DNA from: Selaginella moellendorffii
Taxonomy: Eukaryota > Plantae > Lycopodiophyta
NCBI RefSeq assembly: GCF_000143415.4
Contig: NW_003314269.1
Location: 148,401 to 212,400, forward strand
Reading direction: 5' to 3'
Length of the DNA: 64,000 nucleotides
Below the pieces are notes generated by a model that saw only the letters and a list, made by a program, of their open reading frames with translations, had not been told where the DNA came from and made no database searches. This document shows, piece after piece, positions 37,084 through 48,313 of the stretch (position 1 is the first letter of the stretch; each line of letters begins with the position of its first letter). The position numbers and the translations under genes are program-made.

Positions 37084-38520
37084 TTATACAACGCCTTCGG
37101 GTTCTTGGCCTGGGATCACGGTCATGGCTTGGCCGCTACTGCCGTGGATCTCCGGCCTGAGCTTCTCCAGCTCCTTGAGGATGAACTTGCGAGGCCCGAC
37201 CGGGATCTTCATCTCCATTAGATCATCCTTGTCGAGCAGCAGCAAGTTGGTCCAGTCTACGTGCGACGCCGCGAAGTAGCTCGCGTACTGGTCCTTGCCG
37301 ATGCTCTTGAGCCAGCTGAACACCTGGTTGTCGATCTCAAACTCGGTCGGCTGCGCGCTCGCCTCCGCCAGCAACACGTTCGTGAGGTTGACGACGGCGT
37401 CCAGCACCTCCTTGAATCCCTGTGCCGAGGCGGTGTCATCGAAAGTCCCAATCTTCTCCACCACCTTGTCGACGATGGAGTCTACGAGCAGCTGGTTGTT
37501 TGCGGACTTCTTCATCCTCTTCCCGGCGACTTCACGAGCAGCGGCCTCGTCGCCCAGGCATCCCCTCGCGCCACCGACGCCGCTCTGGAAGCGCGACCGC
37601 AGCGCCGCCTTGGGCCGCAAGTTGAGCCGGCTGTGGATCTCCTGGAGCGTCTCGTCCGAGAAGACCAGCTGCTCCGGGTGCTCGAGCTCCTTGTTCTCGG
37701 CCAGTCCGGCCTGTGAGAGCAGCAGCTTGAGCTCCTTTTGGTACCGACGCAGCTCGATGTCCCACTTGTCCCGGTAGCTCTCCCACTGCCTCCTGGGATG
37801 CCCGCGCTCGCCCATCTTGTCGCCGATGCTCGTCCACAGCTCCAGATGCGTTGACATTGTCTCAAACTTGGCCTGTAACTCCGTCCGGAACCTCACCAGG
37901 TCCTTGACTTCCTCGATCCCGTAGCGCTTGTTCTTGGCGGTGTTCTCGTCCCCGGCCGACTTTCCTTTGGGATCCTTGCTCTTGGTCGAGTCGGCGGCGC
38001 TCTTCTTCTCGGAGCTCTTTCGCTTCCTCCTGTGCTTCGTCCCCTCGTCTGCCTCCTGCGTCGGGGTGTCTCCGTCCGAGAAGGACGATCCATCGCTCTG
38101 GGAGTCGGAGCGGAGAGCTGACGAGGGTGGCGATGCCCGAGGTGGCGAAGTGTTGATGGCCGGAGGTGGTGTAGCGGAGGGTGGCACTGGTCCCGGTCCC
38201 GGTTGCATTGCAGCGCCTGGGAATGCATAGCCAGCTCTTGGGAATCCGCCAAAGTCGCCGCCAGGAAAGTTGGAGTCGCCGCCGCCGCCGCCGCCACCTC
38301 TCATGTGTGACGGCCATGAATGCGACCAGTCGTAAGCGTTGTATGGAGCTGGAGCGCCGTAGAAAGTATCCGGGCGTGGATGAGCCCAGCGGGGCCAAGT
38401 TGGAACGTCCGAGCCATTGTAAGGAGGGGTCGTGTTGTTGTTGTTGGTGGTGGCGGCGGCGGCTACTCCTTCTACCACTGCTGCGCCATCGCGTTTTCTT
38501 TTTGATCTCTCTTTGGCCAT
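37084..38520 (-). CDS. Myb/SANT (trihelix)-like protein with C-terminal SAM domain, intronless
   Basis: RYGIEEVKDLVRFR...LWTSIGDKMGERGHPRRQWESYRDKWD (trihelix); VFSWLKSIGKDQYASYF...LLLLDKDDLMEMKIPVGPRKFILKEL (SAM). Confidence 0.85.
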   Translation of the reverse strand: MAKERSKRKRDGAAVVEGVAAAATTNNNNTTPPYNGSDVPTWPRWAHPRPDTFYGAPAPYNAYDWSHSWPSHMRGGGGGGGDSNFPGGDFGGFPRAGYAFPGAAMQPGPGPVPPSATPPPAINTSPPRASPPSSALRSDSQSDGSSFSDGDTPTQEADEGTKHRRKRKSSEKKSAADSTKSKDPKGKSAGDENTAKNKRYGIEEVKDLVRFRTELQAKFETMSTHLELWTSIGDKMGERGHPRRQWESYRDKWDIELRRYQKELKLLLSQAGLAENKELEHPEQLVFSDETLQEIHSRLNLRPKAALRSRFQSGVGGARGCLGDEAAAREVAGKRMKKSANNQLLVDSIVDKVVEKIGTFDDTASAQGFKEVLDAVVNLTNVLLAEASAQPTEFEIDNQVFSWLKSIGKDQYASYFAASHVDWTNLLLLDKDDLMEMKIPVGPRKFILKELEKLRPEIHGSSGQAMTVIPGQEPEGVV

Positions 38521-39202
38521 TGGAAAATAATTTAATCTGCGAAGAAAAACGATCAAGAAACTCCATCCACCAACAAAGAAAGTTCTATGACTGATTAAAG
38601 TCTTCTACAGAGGCAAGCACTCAAGCACACCAGAAATTTTGCCCGCGATCGACAAGAAGAAACCAGCTAACACGAAAATGTCCACAAACACGAAAATCTC
38701 CACAAACAAAAGGATTTCATCCAGACTCGAGCAATCCAGACAACACACGGGCGGAATTCCGGCAACCTAGGCGGGATCGATCGATCGTACCTGGAAATTC
38801 TTGCGCTCTCGATCCTCCGCCTAGATCCCTCGCGCTACCGCATTCTTGCAAGATCCTGCCATGAGAGGGAACAAGGGAGAAATCCTCCGCTAGAGGCCGG
38901 AATGCACACTCCCTCCATCGCTCCCTCCACAAATCTAAAAAATGCGAGGGAATAAAAGGAAAAACAAGGGATTTACAAGGAAGCGATGTCATACCATAGT
39001 AGGTCTAGAGAGCCTTCGTCCGACACGGCGCTCGCAGATCATGGAAGGAACCCATGTCATAACCCTAGTCCGGCCGCGCTCGATGCCCCCGTGGCGGCCA
39101 CGTCAGACCCCCTGCCGCGGTTCGATTCCCCTCCCCACCATTTTCTATAAAATTCACTGTTTAGATAAGAGTTCTCCAAAATAGCAACGAATGGATCTAC
39201 TT

Positions 39203-40976
39203 CTAACCATAAATGGAGCTCGTGAGGTCGATCATGTCGTAGAGATAGACGTTATCTGCCGTGGTGACCGCGAGGTAAGATCCAGACTCGGAGATGGCGA
39301 CCGAGTAAACAGCTGCAAAAAAGAAGAACAAAGTTTTCTTAATCCCTCATTGAAGAGAATTCGTTTTCGTTCTCACCTTTCTCCAGTCCGGAGACTCCCG
39401 CGAGTGCCTGGCAAAGGAATCGGCCGTGATGAGCTTAAAGTTCGCGAAAGAAGAACTCGAGGCTATAGTACCTGGCCACCGTCTTTGTGGAAAACGCAAG
39501 CACCGTTTGGTTTGCTCCCTCCAGCAACAATGTATTTGTGAGAGAGGCCCTTCCCGTACTGAGCAGTGTAGACTTGGCTCGGCTGGAGATGGAAACTTTT
39601 GAGCTCAGTTGCACAAAACCGAATTTTTACTTTGGTACCTCGTTGCTCATCCACTCCAGTGTTCTTATCAGGTCACCAGTTCCAAAGTCCCATTCCTGTG
39701 AAGGAGAAAAGATTCCCTCGTCCAAAAACACAAGCGTGCCAAAGTAACGGACCTGTAATTGTTTGGTGGATCGCCAAGAGCCGGTTAGGATCTTGTTGTT
39801 ATCAGACACGTCAAGAGCTTCCCCGCACAGCTTTGGTCCAAAGATGCTCCTCACCGATCTACCACAGCGCAAATCCCAGATCTAGGTGGCACCAAGAAAA
39901 CCTCAGTAAGATTGAATGACGCGTGAAGTAGTGAAGCAAGAACCTGGACAGTGTTGTCCCAGCCTCCGCTCAAAATGATGTGAGAATCGACGGGATGCCA
40001 ACGAACAGCGAAAACACGGTTGGAGTGGCCCACAACTTTGATCCCATCGCTGTGCGACGACCCTGAATGCTTGATTGAGCGAGGGGCAAGATCAAAGCTC
40101 AGAGCTGCTTAGCGTACCCATCACTTAACGTATGCACGATTTTCCTGGTGGCTTCGTCGTAGACTCGGACCTGTAATGCTAGATACAAGACAGAAGTTTG
40201 ACAAGAAATGCTTCGTGAATTCACTGACTTCACCTGAAAATCGCTACCACCCGTCGCGAACTTCTCTCCGGTCGGCTGGAAATCCACCGCGTTGATGTGA
40301 TTGTTAGCCTCTTTGGTGGTGCCGAGGTGCTTTCCGGATGTTGCATGCCAGTGGTGAATAAGACCACCAACGTCTGCAACAAGGAAGTGCTAAAGATTAT
40401 ATCCAGCACTCACTCACCGAGAGACGATCAAAACGCTTACCACAAGATACGAGAACGTTCCTGCTGGTAAAGCAGCTCGAGGGCGGCCGGAAGGACATTG
40501 TCGTGCAGGCGAACTTTTGTGTGGCTTTTCGATCCAAAACATAAGCCAGGCCTCCATCAGAGACTCTATAGATCTGGCAGCAGATCAAAAGAATGGCTTT
40601 AGCTCGGAAACTCCAGATGCAGTAGTACCTCAATTCTTCCTGTATCGTTCCCAGCTGCTAACCAGTTGCTATCGTAGGAAAACCCACAGCACATTGCCTC
40701 CTTGCCTTTCCTGGCCAAACAAACAAAAAACGAGCAAGTGAGAAAGAAAAAGAAAAAAAAAATGAAGAACGACCGAACGAAGTGCTTACATTTGGATTTG
40801 GACAATGGGCCGTGGCGCCCCATCATCCTGAGTCTCGCCATCGTGTTCCATCGCTGGAAACTCTTTGGTACTCCAACTGGGCGTGTATCCGCTGGGATCA
40901 AGAATTTGCCGCGCCCAACTTCGTCAGCCCTAAACCTAACGGTCACCCGTTGAGCGCTGTCATTTGTCCCAGTCAT
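39203..40976 (-). CDS. WD40-repeat protein, multi-exon
   Basis: GHSNRVFAVRWHP..ILSGGWDNTVQ|IW, FATGGSDFQ|VRVYD, ILTGSWRSTKQLQ|EWD; start uncertain. Confidence 0.85.
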
Positions 40977-41095
40977 GTGAAGTAGTAACCGTTTTTCCTG
41001 ACCCCTTCAGGCGAACCCCTTCCCAGTGAGGAAGATCTCCACTCCCTAGCGCTGCCTGGCCCTCGAATCGATCCACCGGAGGTTTTGCGCCCGCC

Positions 41096-42170
41096 ATGGC
41101 CAAGGGGAAGAAGAAAGATCACCTTCACGATGACAAATGCGCGCACAGCTTGCACGAGGGCCACTGCGAGTGGGACAAGGAGTTCCATGAGATGAAGCAC
41201 TCGGAGATGAAAGAGGCCGAGAGAAGGCATCAAGAGTACCTGGAAAATCATCCCCGTGAGTGCCGATGTCGATTCTCGCTCGCTGTTCGTTTCCTTTTTG
41301 CTTTTCCCGACTTGTTGGAGAGTTTCGACGTTTCCTGGCTTTTGATCTGATTATCCTCGTCCTCGATGACGCAGCTCAAGTGCCCAAGCGAGAGAGTGTT
41401 TCTCGCCCCCACGACGACGGCCCAAAGAAGAACAAGTACGAAGGCCGGACTGGAACACTTGTCCAGCTTATTCGCATGCCTGGATCCGGAGATTTGTATG
41501 CTGTATAACAACATCCAGTGACTTTGAGAGATCTAGATGAAAGGATAAAATGGAAAACACTCACCTGCGATTTGGTTCGCAGATCCCGCACAAGACTATC
41601 AAGACTGGCTACAAGGCTCCGAACTCCTACGCGTTTCATCCCGTCTTCCAGGATGAAACGTGAGGTCTCAGCTTCGATCGCTCATACCTGTTTAAACGAT
41701 ATGTAAAACTCTGCAGGACAAACTCTTTCTTCCAAGGACAAATACAAAAGATCGGCGAAGCAAGTGACTTATCCTGCAAGAAGTTAATGCCATATTACCC
41801 GAATGCTCCCAGAAACCGAAAGCCTGAGGTGATGCGAAGCCATGTCGGCGTCCAAAACATGGACTGCCGGAACGCGAGCTACTTGGCTAACTGGTAAGCT
41901 TAGAGTTTGTGCCTGGAAGAAACAAATTAGTTCACTGGAATTCTACTCAAACAGCCTGTGTGACGGGAATCCCAAGCATATGAAGACTCCCAAGACCACA
42001 AACCAGCTCTACATGAACTACAAATGCGAGATTGTAGGAATGGGAAACAGGCGAATTGCCGCAGGTACGTACTTGGAGATAAAAGTTCGCGAGGAACTTA
42101 TTTACCGTGAATTGCTTTGTCCAGAGAGAACTCGGCGTATGCACCGCATGCAAGTCGAGGGATGATGATC
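41096..42170 (+). CDS. Uncharacterised multi-exon protein with His/Lys/Glu-rich N-terminus
   Basis: ATG in coding-like context followed by several plausible GT-AG introns. I could not resolve the full exon chain or the stop codon. Confidence 0.45.
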
Positions 42171-42237
42171 TACACCCTGCTGGAATTATTCGTTTCTCTG
42201 CGCTTAATCTTATTCGAGTCTTTGCCATCGCGCGAAG

Positions 42238-42960
42238 CTATTTGTCGTCTGTCTGCTTGTTCTTGATGGCGCGGTATCCACCAGCCATGTTGTAAACATT
42301 CGTGAATCCCTGTGAAAAAATTTAAAAGCAAATGTAGAGTTTCCAGAACTTTAGATCGAGTCTTACTGCGGCAAGAAGATCGACAGCAGCCAAAACGGAT
42401 CGAGTTCCAGTTCCACATCCCTGAATTTGGGTAAACAATGAGAGGGAGAAAATAAAAAACCGATGGCAGATAGTCATACCACTATGATTCCTTCTTCTTT
42501 GTCGAAGTTAGAAAGAACCTCTTGCTCGAAGTTAGTGTTCTTGACTTTGTCTGGGAAGAGCAAGAAAACAAATCTCTCGAAAGAAGTTTCCAAAAGGAGC
42601 TAGCTACTTACCAGAGCCTGGGATATAGTAAGGAACATTACGCGAGCCAGCGACATTCCCAGTTGCGAAGACCTCGGGAGCTCTAAGATCAAGAATCGCG
42701 CTGTGGATCACTCGAGAAGCCGAAAATCTCCGAGATCGAGCTTACCGGACATCCAGATATCGATGCGATCCGGACTGGAGCATCCCTCGAGCAGCATCGA
42801 CCTCCACATTCTTGAGCGAGACATCCCGCGGCCCCTGATCACTCATCGCGATCGCGATCCTAAATTTCGGTGTCCATCGGAGATTTCCTGAGAGAATGCG
42901 CGCTCTTGGACGAGGCGCCGCTACAAAGGACGCAAGGGCCAATGGCGCGCAAAGCTCCAT
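42238..42960 (-). CDS. Single-domain rhodanese/sulfurtransferase (STR15/16-like)
   Basis: HRYLDVR|APEVFATG, active-site loop GCGTGTRS, GFTNVYNMAGGY. Confidence 0.9.
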
Positions 42961-43005
42961 TAAAACGTCAACGCCGACGGACAGAATATTCTCCGGGATC
43001 TAGGT

Positions 43006-43033
43006 CTAGGGTTTGAGCCGCCGGGTAGGGTTT
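43006..43033. promoter_or_regulatory. Two telo-boxes (TAGGGTTT) upstream of RPL28
   Basis: Motif seen twice within 60 bp of the ATG; telo-boxes are typical of plant r-protein promoters. Confidence 0.55.
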
Positions 43034-43064
43034 TTGCGCTTGGCGGATCGATCGATCGAGCGCG

Positions 43065-43969
43065 ATGGCGTCTCCCGACTTGATCTGGCTGCTCGTCAAG
43101 AACAGCAACAAGTTCTTGGTGAAGCGGAATGGCAACAGCAGCGCCTCGGTGCAATTCAGCAGCGAGCCCAACAATCTCTACAATCTCAACACCTACAAGT
43201 ACTCAGGTGAGAAAGATCGTCTCCAGCTCTTTTAGAAATCCCGATGAATGCCGCGAATCGTCTGTTGCTGGATTGATCGCATTCTCTCTTTTCAGGCTTG
43301 GCTAACAAGAAGACCGTCGCTGTGGCCCCGGCTGGAGAGAAAATGGACATCGTTCTCACCACCACCAAGAAGAAGAAGAGCAACAAGCCCGCATCCTACT
43401 TGAACCGCTCGCTGCTCAAGTCCAACTTCAAGAACAAGGCCAAAGTCATCATCAACCAGGTAACCTCGAAATCCATTTCTTCTTGCCTTGATCTCTGGCT
43501 TTTGGATCGTGAATGCTTTGCTTCGTGTTTTGGATCTCTGTGAATGCTTGCTAGTTTGCTTAGTTGAATGCTTGCTATTTTGCTTCGTGTTTTGGATATC
43601 TGTGAATACTTGTTTTCTTATTGCCTTACCTCTGGCTTTAGAGAAGCTCTGTGCTCTCGAGCCTTGTCAACAAGGCAGAAAGTCAAGCCGGGTGATCATA
43701 ACGTGGAGGGCACTTCGATTTTGATCAGGTGTTCTCTAAAACTTTCCTCCCTACAAAACTTCTGCATCGTTGCTTGTCTTTTGCTCGCGAGTGATTGAAC
43801 TGTTCCTCGGTGATCTTTCGTGTTCTATTTTGTCATTTTTTTTCTCTTTTTCTTCCAGGTGGGAGACAATGGCTACAGGCCCGATCTGAAAAGAGCTGCG
43901 CTCGCGAGGCTGACCTCTGTCCACAAGAGCTTGTGCCGTGCGGAGAAGAAGAAAAAGCCAGCTGCTTAA
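43065..43969 (+). CDS. RPL28: 60S ribosomal protein L28 (eL28), 3 exons
   Basis: MASPDLIWLLVKNSNKFLVK..FSSEPNNLYNLNTYKYSG|LANKKTV...YRPDLKRAALARL. Confidence 0.96.
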
Positions 43970-44332
43970 ACCTCGAAAGTTTCTCGAGAAAACTAGAAGA
44001 TCCTCTTTTTGTATTGGCATATTCTAAGTATCGGCGTCGGTATATCCAGTGGCTCTTAAGTAAGCTGGGTTGGGTAGGCCTAATCCCGGGTTTAGGCTTT
44101 GCTCCATCCATCCATGCTTTTCTTTTGCTTCCGTGGAGAGATGCCCGGGAGCTGTCGGTGAATGTGGTGTGCTTGTATCGCAAATCTCCGTCCAGCCCCG
44201 AGATCGCGCGCGCTGCTCGCGGCATCGATGCGAGAATCTCGCGGCGCGCAGGAAATCCAAGCCATAGGGTAAACCAAGGGGCTTGCATTCCCCGATCTGG
44301 AGCGCCTCCCGGGACCTCGGCTCCAAGGGGCG

Positions 44333-45977
44333 ATGGGCGCTCGCGGCGTGGATTTCAAGTGGTAAGTGCTGCTTACTCTTTCTCGCGCATTCGCTCACCG
44401 CAGAGAGAACTATTTCTCGCAGGTTCGATGGATTTTTCTTGTCAATGCTCGCCACCAGCGTGTATCCTTATCGGCTTTTAGCTCGACTTTGTGTTTTCCT
44501 CTTCTCTTGTGGATGGATTCCTTGACAGTAGATGATTGATCTCCACAGGATCGTAGTGTCTATCAACTGGGATAGATATCACGCGTGCATGTATCCTCTT
44601 CACATCTGGATCGTGGTAAGCTTTGCAAGATTAGCTAGCGAGCTTGTAGCTTTTCCTCATAGATCTTGTTTCCTTTTTCTCGTTCTAGGTGGACTATGCT
44701 ACTGTTTTTGTGTTCCGGATTCTCATGTTTGTGGACAACGGCATAGCGTCAAAGATGGGCCCGTAAGTGCTTTCACTGTGGAACACCGAATCTTTTTTTT
44801 ATCTTTCTGATAGGCTTTGTGTGTGTGTGTGTGTGTGCGCAGTGATGCAAGCCCCCAGCAGCGGCTGTTGCTCTTCCAGGCTAGAGTTTTGGTGTTGTCC
44901 TGCCTTGCGTTTTTCATGTATCCGTTTCTCTGGGCGTGGACTGTCATCGGGAGCTTGTGGTTTACAAATGCAAGGCAATGCGTAAGTGTTTGGCATTGCT
45001 GTTTCATATGTTTCGAGTTGAAGAACACCTCTTTCTTGTTTGTTTTAGCTTCCAGAAGAAGGGCAGAAATGGGGATTCCTTATCTGGTTACTTTTCAGCT
45101 ATTGCGGCTTGATTTCAATCGCATGCATGTCCGCCAGCAAGGTAAACTACTAGTTTGCTTTCTGATTCAAAGAGTGCAAGTAACTCTTTATTTCCTTCAG
45201 TGGTTGATGCGACGACAGTCTCATTTGCAACTTGTTCCTCAAGGATCTGCCATCTCGGAATTGGAGGTACTTCGCATTCTTTCTCTGTTCGTCTTTTACG
45301 TTTGTTGGACATGCAGGTGCTGGCGGAGCTGATCAGGGTTCCAGATTGGACTCTACGTTCGTCCATTCCCGTGCAAGAGCAGCGAACTGCTCATGACACC
45401 ATTGCCTTTCCCGGTCTAACGCTCACTCCCGCGCAGGTGAGTTTTCTTATTCACTGGAATGCCTTTCGGTGTTAATCTCGTGCTGTAGAGAGAAGCAGTG
45501 GAGAGCTTGATCCAGCAGCTCCCAAAGTTCCAGCTCAAGCGTGTCCCTACCGAGTGCTCGTCGTGTTCCATATGCTTAGAGGACTTCACTGTTGGAACTG
45601 AGGTACTTCGACTTTTGTCGTTACTCCTTTTGCGAATAAGCTTCATCCAGGTGCGAGGACTTCCTTGCGCGCACAACTTTCATGTGGATTGCATCGATGA
45701 GTGGCTACGCCTCAACGTAAAATGCCCGCAGTGCCGGTGCTCGGTTTTCCCAGAGGCTGATCTTATGGTGGTTCTCAACCAGCAAGCCGAGCAAGAAGTT
45801 CGCCGTGTCATGGTCAGGCTTCACGACATGTTGAGCACCGCTCCTCCCGGTGCCAGTGACGACCCGGCTCAAAGCCAAAGCAGCGGAGACTCTCAAGGCT
45901 CTTCTCTTCAAGGGAGAAGCCATAGCTCGGAGCTCACTATCGTGGTAGACAGGCCGGTAAATCCTCCAAGAGGTTAG
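44333..45977 (+). CDS. SIS3: RING-H2 E3 ubiquitin ligase, SIS3-like
   Basis: MGARGVDFKW|FDGFFLSMLATSV...YPLHIWIV|VDY; RING C..CSICLEDF..GLPCAHNFHVDCIDEWLRLNVKCPQCR. Confidence 0.88.
44818..44837. repeat. (GT)n microsatellite in SIS3-like intron
   Basis: Directly visible. Confidence 0.9.
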
Positions 45978-46119
45978 CAGCTCCATTTTCTTCTAGTAGA
46001 GCAGCGAGATAATCTATAAGTTTTTGGAAGATGCAGCAAGAACAAAACTTGGGCTTCGCATCTCAGGTATAAGAAGTAATGTACAGAGTTTCATTAAAAA
46101 TATGTTTTTGGAAACATGC

Positions 46120-48140
46120 CTACGAACTAGAGGTTTTGAAGTCCTTTGTATTGTCAGCGTTTGTTTCTTTTTTGACGCTGTGCTTCCCGTGAGCGATTTC
46201 TTGGAGGATTTCTAGAGTTGTCCTGTAAGTCTGTTGGATTGGGATTGTCACTCGAAAGATAGACAAACGTAAGAATTTACTCACCCAGTCGAGGTGCTGG
46301 ACTGTGATTCCAGCAGCGGTTTTGTTATTATACATGCCACCGAGCAACTGTGAAATAGAGATGGATAGAAGATCAGAGAGAAATGCATTGGAAACACTAA
46401 ATACCTTTGTCACAGTCTCGAGAAACATTCCAGGCCGGACGGGAAGCACCATCTTCATTTTCTTCACTTTAACGTTTTTCTGGAGTCTCACGCGTTTCGA
46501 AAAGCGATGAAAGAAAGAGCACCAAAAGTTCTACCTCATCGCCTTCTTGTGACTCCTCCATTTCAACGTCCGCGCCTTCGTCCCTCCCCCGCATTACATT
46601 CTCGAGCTTCTCGCGTAGAAGAGGCCCTGGTCTTACTGCGACCAACTTCGAGATGAAGTTTACCTGGGACCATGAACGTTTCTTAGGAAAGGAAAACGAA
46701 AGTAATCCACTACCTCGGGTGCGGGCAAGCTTTTAAGTCCCGGCTTGTTTCGCTCGTCGAGAATACCTCCGCCGAGCATATCGTGTGCTTCTTCTCTGAT
46801 GAGAATGAGCTTTGCCAGTAGCTTTCGGTCATTCACTTTCGGTTTCTCCTCCATGTCCTGTAGAAGAAAGAGATCACGTTTAGCTCCAAAGGTGAAAGAC
46901 AAAGGCTGGGTGAGAGAGACACGTTGATGAGGTCGTTGGCTTGATTGGCAATGTGGAGAAGATTTCCTTCAGGGATGGTCACCGTGCCTCCACCGGAAGC
47001 AGAGTGAATGCCTCCACCGCCAGCAGCAGAACGTAAGATTTGACGTCGATGCTCTTTGTCGGGAGTGTGGCTAAGCATGCTCACGATTTGTAGCTGAAAA
47101 CCCAACTTAGAGTCGGAGCTAAAAAGAAGATCTGATAGCGTACCACCGGCGATGCCTTTTCTGTGAGTTGAGCCAACGTCGTCTCTTTGATGACATCCAA
47201 AAGCTGTTTTTTCTGGAAGAAGAAAAGCATATAGTCAGCATCAATCGTCACAAAACATAAAACTTCGGCTTTTCGATGGAGCACGACAAGGTGATGTCAA
47301 TCAGTCAGTCAGTCTCAATCAATCGATCAATCACCTGATGAAAACTGCAAAGGAGGAAGAGAAGCTTAACGCAGCAACCTTGTCATCTTTGTCTTTGCTG
47401 GCTTGAGCGATCATCAAGTCCAACGCCATCATGAAGCTGCCATCGAGATGCTCCAGTCTTTGGCCGATGCACGCCAGTGCTGCCATCTGAATGGCCGTGT
47501 CCTCGGATTCTTTGTCCAGGCTAGTAACATCGTCCAACTGGAAAGAACAAACTTGAAAAAATCAAAAGAAAACAATGGCAAAACTTGTACCACTTCTATC
47601 ATGGACTCCAAAATGCTTACGACTTCTTCCCCTCCGTGAAGCAAAGCTTGGTACGATTTGTAGTCCCAAGGCTGATTCTCATTGTAGCTGGGATCCCACT
47701 CTCCAAGCAAATCATCAGCGACATCGTCCTGAGCAGCAGCCGACGTCGATACTGAATTTCGCAAAACTCTACGAATTAAGAAACCTCATCAGATCAACAA
47801 AAGCTATACCTGTGAAAAACTTGTTACTACATTCTCACTTACCGACTATCAGATGCCTTGGAAAAACTAACAACAGGCCTGTAAAAGAAACTTAGAAGTA
47901 TACTTCTCAAGAGTTACCTCCTCTGTAAGAGCTTAGAAAAATCAAAACTAGTCCTGCAAACGAAAGGAACAAATTAGGACTTCAAAAAACCAAGAAAGAA
48001 TGTAGAAGAAACCTGAAGAAGGAGAGAAATCAATCAATAGGAAGAAGCAAGCCTACACAAATATCGAAGAGAAATCTAAAACACGAAAGAGCTCAAAGCT
48101 CAAAGAAAAAATCTGAAAGAGAGAATGCGGGTAAGCTCAT
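46120..48140 (-). CDS. PRDA1: PEP-related development arrested 1-like plastid protein
   Basis: GGEEVVSILESMI, FMMALDLMI, DRKLLAKLILIREEAHDMLGGGILDERN, LPVRPGMFLETVTK, GITVQHLDW; 5' end uncertain. Confidence 0.85.
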
Positions 48141-48313
48141 AAATCTATCAAGCTAGAAATCAAGGACGATGTAGTGAGCAAGAAGATAGAATTAGAGTCA
48201 TACCTTGGAGGAGGAAGACGCTGGATAGAGTGTATTGGAAGCGCAAGGTCCATCTAGGACGAAGCAAAGCCCTAGCAAAACCCAGTGGTGCCCTATTTAG
48301 CCCTATTTCAAAG

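Noticed and set aside
39166-39180. Tourist/Harbinger TIR-like TAAGAGTTCTCCAA as the right end of the Harbinger pair
   Set aside because: Wrong orientation for a right end and no partner on the left flank.
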